From Gammaproteobacteria bacterium (GTDB taxonomy: Bacteria > Pseudomonadota > Gammaproteobacteria > CBDBNL01 > JAAOII01): DNA of 64,000 bases. Position 1 is the stretch's first letter, and every line of letters begins with the position of its first letter. Positions 56,972 through 64,000 of the stretch are shown one piece after another. Made by a program: the position numbers and the translations under genes. The notes beneath the pieces were generated by a model. That model was not told the DNA's origin and made no database searches. It was given only the letters and a program-made list of their open reading frames with translations. The stretch spans positions 2,000,864-2,064,863 of the forward strand of contig OZ244039.1 in the NCBI GenBank assembly GCA_965215225.1. The letters are read 5' to 3'.

Positions 56972-57009
56972 AGCCTAAGCTAAAAGAACCCTCTCCTGTT
57001 TGATTCAAA

Positions 57010-57990
57010 TTAATTCAACAGACCCTTAACCGCATCTCTTTCTTCAAGTAGTTCCTTTTCTGTTGCTTTCATCATCTTATGACTAAAGTCATTTATCGCA
57101 AGCCCCTCAACCACTGTGCATTCCCCCTTAGAACATACAACTGGGAAAGAATAAAAGATGTCCCTTTGGATACCATATTGACCTTGACTATAAATAGATG
57201 TGCTAGTCCAATCATTTTGGCGGGTAGTATTTAACCAATCTCTCATGGTGTCAAGAGCTGCATTGGCTGCACTGGCTGCGCTTGATGCACCGCGCGCCTT
57301 AATGATTGCAGTCCCTCTTTGTTGGACAGTAGCAATCATCTCATCATGATACCACTTCTCATTCACCAGATCCAAAGCCTTAGTATTATTTATCAAAGCA
57401 TGATGAATATCCGGATACTGAGTTGCCGAGTGATTCCCCCAAATAATCACTTGATATATATCACCCGGATGAGTTTTGGTCTGTAATGCTAGCTGGGCAA
57501 TTGTCCTGTTGTGATCCAGTCTAGTCATGGCAGCAAAACAATTAGCATCCAAATCTGGCGCGCTATGGCGAGTTATTAATGCATTGGTATTAGCTGGATT
57601 GCCTACCACCAAAACTCTCACTTGCGAAGAAGCGCTTTCATTAAGCGCCTTGCCTTGAACAGAAAAGATCTGTGCATTTGCATTGAGCAGATCCGACCTT
57701 TCCATATCAGCAGAGCGCGGCCTTGCTCCTACCAAAAAAGCGCAATCTACATCACCAAATCCTTTGTAAGGATCATCAGTGCAAATAACATCGTGAAGAG
57801 TGGGGAAAGCACAATCTTCTAACTCCATCTTCAATCCAGTCAAGTGTGGAAGTGCCTGAGGCACTTCTATTAAGTGCAAAATAACAGGATGGTCTTTACC
57901 GAACAACTCTCCTGCCGCCAAACGAAAAACCAATGCATAGCCAATCTGGCCACCAGCACCGGTCACAGCAATCTTATAAGGTTTTGTCAT
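57010..57990 (-). CDS. mdh: Malate dehydrogenase (LDH-like, ~326-aa type)
   Basis: [34 protein letters not shown]. Confidence 0.93.
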   Translation of the reverse strand: MTKPYKIAVTGAGGQIGYALVFRLAAGELFGKDHPVILHLIEVPQALPHLTGLKMELEDCAFPTLHDVICTDDPYKGFGDVDCAFLVGARPRSADMERSDLLNANAQIFSVQGKALNESASSQVRVLVVGNPANTNALITRHSAPDLDANCFAAMTRLDHNRTIAQLALQTKTHPGDIYQVIIWGNHSATQYPDIHHALINNTKALDLVNEKWYHDEMIATVQQRGTAIIKARGASSAASAANAALDTMRDWLNTTRQNDWTSTSIYSQGQYGIQRDIFYSFPVVCSKGECTVVEGLAINDFSHKMMKATEKELLEERDAVKGLLN

Positions 57991-58068
57991 AATTCTATTA
58001 GTTTATAGGTTAATAATATATCAGCAAGATTCAGATAAACAAGACCTTATTATAATCTGCTTGTCTTT

Positions 58069-59019
58069 TCATAATCTTAATCCGCTTATAATTATGGCTC
58101 CTATATATAAGCAATAAATAGATAGCAAAAGACCTCCTCCAGGGCGACTTAATTTTCTCTGTCTATTCCAAGAAAAACACAGAAAAAGAAACAGCAGGGT
58201 CGTTAGTATTAAAAAGCTTCCATCTCGTTGTAAATCTAATACGGTCAGGTGAATAGGACTAAAAAGACAAGCAACCGCCACTACTAACAAGAGGTTGAAT
58301 ATATTAGAACCAAGAATATTCCCTATGACGAGTTGCGGTTCTTTATGCATAGCCGCTCGAATCGTAACTACCAGCTCGGGCAAACTAGTCCCCAAAGCAA
58401 GCAACGAGAGGCTAACCAGTTGAGAAGGCACCCCTAAATTTAATGCTAGCATGCTTACCCCATGCACAGTTAAGGGCGCGCCCACAAAAACACATCCAAA
58501 ACCCGCAACCAAGTTAAAAGCCTGCTTAGATTTTTTGATAGCCGGGTGACTCTTTTGCCACGGGTCCTTCCCACGCGCTATTATCCATAATGAAACCATC
58601 AAAAGCAGAATAAGTGCTAAGCCCTCGCCAAAAACCAGTTGGCTATCCAGCGCCAAAAAGAGAAATAACAAAGTGCTTGCAGTCATCAAGATGAACTGCC
58701 AACGAACAGTCTTGCCAGTAAAAAGGATAGGACTAATAAGAGCCGCAATGCCGAGTATCAATCCAACATTGGCGATGTTAGAACCTACTGCATTGCCATA
58801 GGCTATCAAAGACTCGTTTGCCAAACCAGCGGCAATAGAAACCGCGAGCTCAGGTAAAGAAGTTCCTATACCTAAAATAATAGCGCCAGCTGCTAAGGGC
58901 GAAATGCCAATAGTCCTTGCTAAGGTCGGAGTTACCTGCACAATGGCTCCCGCGCCCCATATCAAGCTAGTTAAACCAATAACTATCAGTAGAATGGAAA
59001 AAAAGAACGCCATTAACAA
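58069..59019 (-). CDS. Ca2+/Na+ antiporter, CaCA (YrbG) family
   Basis: Two alpha-repeats, GTSLPELAVSI and GTSLPELVVTI. About 10 TM helices. Confidence 0.88.
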   Translation of the reverse strand: MLMAFFFSILLIVIGLTSLIWGAGAIVQVTPTLARTIGISPLAAGAIILGIGTSLPELAVSIAAGLANESLIAYGNAVGSNIANVGLILGIAALISPILFTGKTVRWQFILMTASTLLFLFLALDSQLVFGEGLALILLLMVSLWIIARGKDPWQKSHPAIKKSKQAFNLVAGFGCVFVGAPLTVHGVSMLALNLGVPSQLVSLSLLALGTSLPELVVTIRAAMHKEPQLVIGNILGSNIFNLLLVVAVACLFSPIHLTVLDLQRDGSFLILTTLLFLFLCFSWNRQRKLSRPGGGLLLSIYCLYIGAIIISGLRL

Positions 59020-59073
59020 AGAAAACCACCACAGGACAATTCCAGTGGTGGTTTTATCGGCAAGTTATAAGAA

Positions 59074-59520
59074 TTACTCTGCCAGTATCTTCTTCCAATT
59101 AGCGTCTGCCTGAACTATATGGTTATCTATATCTGCATTGAATCTATCACTGATACGACGATTATAGTTCAAATATAGCTTGCCATCCTTAATGGTAAAT
59201 TGGTTTGGATCTATCTTCACCTTATCACCATATTCGGACATAGCATAAGCGCAATAACCACCATATTGAGGCACATATTTATCAGGTGAAGCGGCAAATG
59301 CATCTCTGTTTTCTGGAGAAGAAAAGAACCATTGGACTCCTTTGTAGTCATAGGAAAAGTCCTTTTGTCCCTTTACCGCTCGTCCTTGATTAAAATAAGC
59401 TACCACATCATACCCCTTAATAACAGCAGGAGACCTTCCAGTGTAAAAGCTTTCTTCAGCAAAAGCCATCATAGCTACTCCCATCAGAAGAACACTAAAG
59501 CATACTTTTTTCATAATCAT
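59074..59520 (-). CDS. Exported YHS-domain protein
   Basis: Signal peptide MIMKKVCFSVLLMGVAMMAFA. GYDVVAYF ... F.SPENRDAFAASPDKYVPQYGGYCAYAM pattern. Confidence 0.75.
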   Translation of the reverse strand: MIMKKVCFSVLLMGVAMMAFAEESFYTGRSPAVIKGYDVVAYFNQGRAVKGQKDFSYDYKGVQWFFSSPENRDAFAASPDKYVPQYGGYCAYAMSEYGDKVKIDPNQFTIKDGKLYLNYNRRISDRFNADIDNHIVQADANWKKILAE

Positions 59521-59661
59521 TACTCCTTATAAGTTAATACATACACACATTATATCATAAGTGCGAAATCTTTGAACGAAAGTAGCAGAAGAAGAACATG
59601 GTTCTTTAATTTTAAAGCAAGATCAAATATCTGTCTATGCAAAATAATAACTATGGAGCTT

Positions 59662-60888
59662 CTATAGGGATTCTTCCAACAACCCTTTATTTCTTGCCAT
59701 ATCCCTAAGCCGAGTGTCAAGAACATTATTCCCCTCATAATTTCTTCTATATTTCTTATATTTCCAAAGTGTATTTAAGTTGCTAAGATGATAGAAAAAT
59801 ACAGTTCTCTGCCTCCCTACTCTTATTACCTTTATCCCAAAATAAGAACCAAGCCTTACAACAAGCCTCCCTGCTTGTCTCCAATAAAAATTAAGGTCCC
59901 CATAATGCAAACGGTGCCGCCAAAGAGCCTTCGAACGACATATGAATTTGTGCCCAAACCAAGAAAGCTCTGGTGGTCTTTCAGTATGGTCAAAAAATCT
60001 TGACAATCTCTTGTCATGACAATTAGCATCCATAACTCCAACAGGATGCATAATATAATTGGGTAAGTAGGTAATCGGGAAAACCTTGAATTTTAAGTAA
60101 TCTATAAGGGGTTTCTCACCTTCCACATAGAGATATTCATCCAAATCCAAAAATGTAAACCATCGGGTTCTTTTAGCACAAAACAACAAATGGCAATGAT
60201 TCACACCGCCTTCTTGACTATATTGATTATCATGAGATCTTGTAGGACCAAAAGGAAAGGACCAATGGACTAAGAGAATCTCAATGTCCTCATCCAGTTG
60301 AGAAAGACTGTGTTTTAATGCCATGAAATTCTTACTTCCGTTATCATAAATGACTATTCTCTTAACATCATGCACCCTTCGATGCCATCTACACCAATCT
60401 TGAATCCATAAGATTGGGTAGTCTTTTTGCATAGTAGCTAAGGTTAACTTAGTTTTTTCCATTGGCATAATTGGTTGCCTAAAGTAAGAGACGGTTAAGT
60501 TGAAATGGGTAAATCTAAACCTCAAAGTCAGCTTATTATCTTGAATAGAAAAAGGAATTTTTATACGAATAATAAATAATTTGATAATTGCATGCCCTTT
60601 CCGCATTTTTGTTATTGAGAATTTAAGCGGCCTATCCAAACAACTAATACTTAGAGGGTCTCCTAAATTCAATAAAGGCGGCCCTATACAAACAAGATGC
60701 CTTTCATTGTCGGTAAGGAACATATCATAAAAAAGAGTCTTAGAATCATATTGTTGCCTCTTTTCCCGTTCCGTTAACTCACCGTCACCCATATCTACCC
60801 TATGAGATCGAATATTTCTTTGAATCTTATCAGGGAGAAGGACAGGTTGTGGAAAGTAAGAAGAAATCCTTACCCTATGACTAACCAC
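59662..60888 (-). CDS. GT92/DUF23-like glycosyltransferase, tandem copy A
   Basis: 408 aa, GTG start. WIQDWCRWHRRVHDVKRIVIYDNGS, LVHWSFPFG, FLDLDEYLYV. Ends ...RNKGLLEESL. Confidence 0.7.
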   Translation of the reverse strand: MVSHRVRISSYFPQPVLLPDKIQRNIRSHRVDMGDGELTEREKRQQYDSKTLFYDMFLTDNERHLVCIGPPLLNLGDPLSISCLDRPLKFSITKMRKGHAIIKLFIIRIKIPFSIQDNKLTLRFRFTHFNLTVSYFRQPIMPMEKTKLTLATMQKDYPILWIQDWCRWHRRVHDVKRIVIYDNGSKNFMALKHSLSQLDEDIEILLVHWSFPFGPTRSHDNQYSQEGGVNHCHLLFCAKRTRWFTFLDLDEYLYVEGEKPLIDYLKFKVFPITYLPNYIMHPVGVMDANCHDKRLSRFFDHTERPPELSWFGHKFICRSKALWRHRLHYGDLNFYWRQAGRLVVRLGSYFGIKVIRVGRQRTVFFYHLSNLNTLWKYKKYRRNYEGNNVLDTRLRDMARNKGLLEESL

Positions 60889-60904
60889 TAATATATAAAG
60901 CTCT

Positions 60905-61054
60905 TTATATGCTGAGCGCTAAAATCAGACCTTGCCTTGCCAAGGAACCATCGCTTTCAATATAGCGCATTATCATATCAAAGGCATGGGCTATAAAACC
61001 TATGACAACCATCCCCATCAAGAGAGCACTAAACCATAGCTTTTTCACAATCAT
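60905..61054 (-). pseudogene. Remnant copy of the promoter-proximal part and signal-peptide codons of the YHS-domain gene
   Basis: 61054-60996 reads MIVKKLWFSALLMGMVVIGF, compared with MIMKKVCFSVLLMGVAMMAF in the intact gene at 59520. The upstream flank also matches (61055-61080 vs 59521-59546). Homology then stops and the conserved glycosyltransferase leader begins. Confidence 0.65.
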
Positions 61055-61195
61055 CACTCATTATAAATTAATGCCTAAACATTTTATATTACAAGTACAG
61101 AATCCCTGAACAAACGCAACATCAGAAGAACATGGTTCTTTAATTTTAAAGCAAGACCAAATATCTGTCTATGCAAAATAATAACTATGGAGCTT

Positions 61196-62422
61196 CTATA
61201 GGGATTCTTCCAACAACCCCTTGTTTCTCGCCATATCCCTAAGCCGAGTGTCAAGAACATTATTTCCTTCATAATGTCTTCCATATTCCTTAATTTTCCA
61301 AAGTGTATTTAAGTTGCTGAGATGATAGAAAAATACAGTTCTCTGCCCCCTTAGTGTTCTTGTCTTCATCCCAAAATAAGAACCAAGCCTTACAACAAGC
61401 TTCTCAACTTGTCTCCAATAAAATGTAACAACCCCCCAATGCAGACAATGCAATAAAAGTCCCTCTGGGCGGCATATGAATTTGGGCGTAGACCAAGAAA
61501 GCCTTGGTGGTCTTTCAATATGGTCAAAAAATCTTAACAATACCTTTTCATAACGATTAGCATCCATAACTCCAGTAGGATAGATCATATAATGAGGGAA
61601 GTCAATAATCGGGAAAACCTTAAATTTCAAGTAATCTATAAGGGATTTCTCACCCTCCACATAGAGATATTCATCCAAGTCCAAAAACGTAAACCATCTA
61701 GTTCTTCTAGGACAAAACAACAAGTGGCAATGATTTACACCGCCTTCCTGGGTATATCTATTATCGGGAGATCTTATAAGACCATAAGGAAAGGGCCAAT
61801 GAACTAAGAGAATCTCAATGTCCTCCTCCAGTTGAGAAAGACTGTGTTTTAATGCTATGAAATTCTTGCTTCCGTTATCATAAATGACCATTCTCTTAAT
61901 AGCATGCACTCTTCTATACCATCTACACCAATCTTGAATCCATAAAATCGGGTAGTCCTTTTGCATAGTAGCTAAGGTTATCTCAGCTTTTTGTACTGGA
62001 AGAGTTGGTTGCTTAAAGTAAGAGACAGTTAAGTTGAAATGGGTGAATCTAAACTTCAAAGTCAATTTATTATTTTGAACAGAAAAAGGGATCTTTATAC
62101 GAACAATAAATAATTTCATCATTGAATGCCCTTTCCGCAGTTTTGTTATTGAAAATTTAAGCGGCCTATCCGAACAACTAATACTTAGAGGGTCTCCTAA
62201 ATTCAATAAAGGCGGGCCTATACAAACAAGATAATTTTTATTGTCGGTAAGGAACATATCAAAAAAAAGAGTTTTGAAATCATATTGTTGTCTCTTCTCC
62301 CGTTCCGTTAACTCGCCGTCGCCTATAGCTGCCCTATGAGATCGAAGCTTTCTTTGAACCTTATCAGGGAGAATGACAGGTTGTGGAAAGTAAGAAGAAA
62401 TTCTTGCCCTATGACTAGCCAC
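61196..62422 (-). CDS. GT92/DUF23-like glycosyltransferase, tandem copy B
   Basis: 408 aa, collinear with copy A and mostly identical by eye. GTG start. Confidence 0.7.
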   Translation of the reverse strand: MASHRARISSYFPQPVILPDKVQRKLRSHRAAIGDGELTEREKRQQYDFKTLFFDMFLTDNKNYLVCIGPPLLNLGDPLSISCSDRPLKFSITKLRKGHSMMKLFIVRIKIPFSVQNNKLTLKFRFTHFNLTVSYFKQPTLPVQKAEITLATMQKDYPILWIQDWCRWYRRVHAIKRMVIYDNGSKNFIALKHSLSQLEEDIEILLVHWPFPYGLIRSPDNRYTQEGGVNHCHLLFCPRRTRWFTFLDLDEYLYVEGEKSLIDYLKFKVFPIIDFPHYMIYPTGVMDANRYEKVLLRFFDHIERPPRLSWSTPKFICRPEGLLLHCLHWGVVTFYWRQVEKLVVRLGSYFGMKTRTLRGQRTVFFYHLSNLNTLWKIKEYGRHYEGNNVLDTRLRDMARNKGLLEESL

Positions 62423-62596
62423 TAATATGTAAAGTTCTTTATATGCTGAGTGCTAAAATCAGTCTTTGCCTTGCCAAAGAACCACAACTTTTTATATCCA
62501 TACGACCCTTGAACAAAAGCAGCATCAGAAGAACATGGTTCTTTAATTAAAGCAGACTTAAATATTCATCTGAACAGAATAGTAACTATAGAGATT

Positions 62597-63865
62597 CTAT
62601 AGAGACTCTTCTAACAACCCCTTGTTTCTTGCCATATCCCTAAGTCGAGTGTCAAGAACATTATCCAGCACAGGAACAGCCTTTTTCTTTGGATCTGTTC
62701 CACTTTTTTGTTTATGATATCTTCTATATTCCCTATCCTTAAATCGCCAAAGCGTGCTTAAACTTTTAAGATGATAGAAAAACACAGTTCTTTGGTTCCT
62801 TATTCTTATTACCTTTATCCCAAAATAAGAATTAAGCCTCACAACAAGCTTCTCGACCTGTCTCCAATAAAAATTAAGAATCACAAAATGTAAATAATGC
62901 AGCCAAACACCCTTCGGGCAGCATATGTATTTTATCGAGCTCCAAGAAAGCTCTGGTGGTCTTTCAACATGGTCAAAAAATCTTGACAACTTCTTTTCAT
63001 AACGATTAGCATTCATGACTCCAATAGAAGGCATAACATAACTGGGTAAGTCAATAATAGGAAAAACCTTAAATTTTAAGTAATCCATAAGGGGCTTCTC
63101 GTCCTCCACATAGAGATATTCATCCAAATCCAAAAATGTAAGCCATCTAGTTCTTCTAGGACAAAACAACAAGTGGCAATGATTCTCACTGCCTATTTGA
63201 CTATATTGATTATGATAAGATCTTACAGTGCCAAAAGGAAAGGGCCAATGGACTAAAATAATCTCAATGTCCTCCAGCTGAGAAAGACTATGTTTTAATG
63301 CTATGAAATTCTTACTACCGTTATCATAAATGACTATCCTCTTAATAGCATGCACCCTCCTATACCATCTACACCAATCTTGAATCCATAAGATTGGGTT
63401 ATCTTTTTGCAAAGTAGCTAAGGTTAACTCAGTTTTTTCCATTGGAAGAGTTGGTCGCCTAAAGTAAGAGACGGTTAAGCTGAAACGGACGAATCTAAAT
63501 TTCAAAGTCAGTTTATTATTTCGAATAGAAAGAGGGATTTTTATACGAATAATAACTAATTTCATAGTCGAAGCCCCTTGCCGCAGTTTTGTGATTGAAA
63601 ATTTAAGCAGCCTATCTGAACAACTAATACTTAGAGGATCTCCTAAATTCAATAAAGGCGGGCCTATACAAACAAGATATTTCTTATTGTCGGTAAGGAA
63701 CATATCATAAAAAAGAGTCTTAAAATCATATTGTTGTCTCTTTTCCCGTTCCGTTAACTCGCTGCCTATAATCATCTGACGAGTTCGCATGTCCCTTTGA
63801 ACTTTATCAGGGAGAATGACAGATTGTGGGAAATAAGAAGAAATTCTTACCTTATAACCAGCCAT
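62597..63865 (-). CDS. GT92/DUF23-like glycosyltransferase, tandem copy C
   Basis: 422 aa, collinear with copies A and B, with a 14-aa basic insertion near the C-terminus (KQKSGTDPKKKAVP). ATG start. Confidence 0.7.
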   Translation of the reverse strand: MAGYKVRISSYFPQSVILPDKVQRDMRTRQMIIGSELTEREKRQQYDFKTLFYDMFLTDNKKYLVCIGPPLLNLGDPLSISCSDRLLKFSITKLRQGASTMKLVIIRIKIPLSIRNNKLTLKFRFVRFSLTVSYFRRPTLPMEKTELTLATLQKDNPILWIQDWCRWYRRVHAIKRIVIYDNGSKNFIALKHSLSQLEDIEIILVHWPFPFGTVRSYHNQYSQIGSENHCHLLFCPRRTRWLTFLDLDEYLYVEDEKPLMDYLKFKVFPIIDLPSYVMPSIGVMNANRYEKKLSRFFDHVERPPELSWSSIKYICCPKGVWLHYLHFVILNFYWRQVEKLVVRLNSYFGIKVIRIRNQRTVFFYHLKSLSTLWRFKDREYRRYHKQKSGTDPKKKAVPVLDNVLDTRLRDMARNKGLLEESL

Positions 63866-64000
63866 TAGTATACCGCCAGTATATAAAGTTCTTTATATGT
63901 TGAGTGCTAAAATCAAGCTTCACCTTGCCAAGGAACCGCCACTCTTTCAATATAGCTCATTATCATATCAAAGGCACCTTCCCATCAAGAGAACACTAAG

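Noticed and set aside
59550-59738. Conserved 62-66-aa ORFs overlapping the 3' ends of the GT92-like copies (also 61084-61284)
   Set aside because: Their conservation is explained by the tandem duplication of the underlying DNA. They overlap the glycosyltransferase stop regions out of frame and have no independent support.

Overview
Chromosomal segment of a moderately AT-rich Gram-negative bacterium. Gene content and local order look gammaproteobacterial: rlmE-ftsH, glnK-amtB, atpIBEFHAG, tRNA-Val/tRNA-Asp pair, LDH-like mdh, long-form pstC/pstA. A Legionellales-like or intracellular lifestyle is only an inference. Most of the window is housekeeping: smc, mutS, rlmE, ftsH, ampD, guaB, amtB/glnK, tsaC, hemF, comM, a beta-oxidation block, pstCAB-phoU, fadE, most of the ATP synthase operon, zapE, leuC, valS, cca, mdh and three tRNAs. 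I saw no transposase, integrase, phage gene, CRISPR array or recognisable defence system. Three things stand out. (1) Ten glycosyltransferase genes are wedged singly or as tandem duplicates between housekeeping genes: 2 GT14/Branch-like, 3 GT10 fucosyltransferase-like, 4 GT92/DUF23-like and 1 GT2. Several carry duplication or insertion scars, and no sugar-nucleotide or glycan-export genes accompany them. (2) A 785-nt cytosine-free heptamer satellite fills a divergent promoter region. (3) A patatin phospholipase is fused to a FadD-type acyl-CoA ligase inside a beta-oxidation operon. The ATP synthase operon also stops after atpG, with no atpD or atpC. All family assignments come from motif recognition by eye and need HMM or BLAST confirmation.
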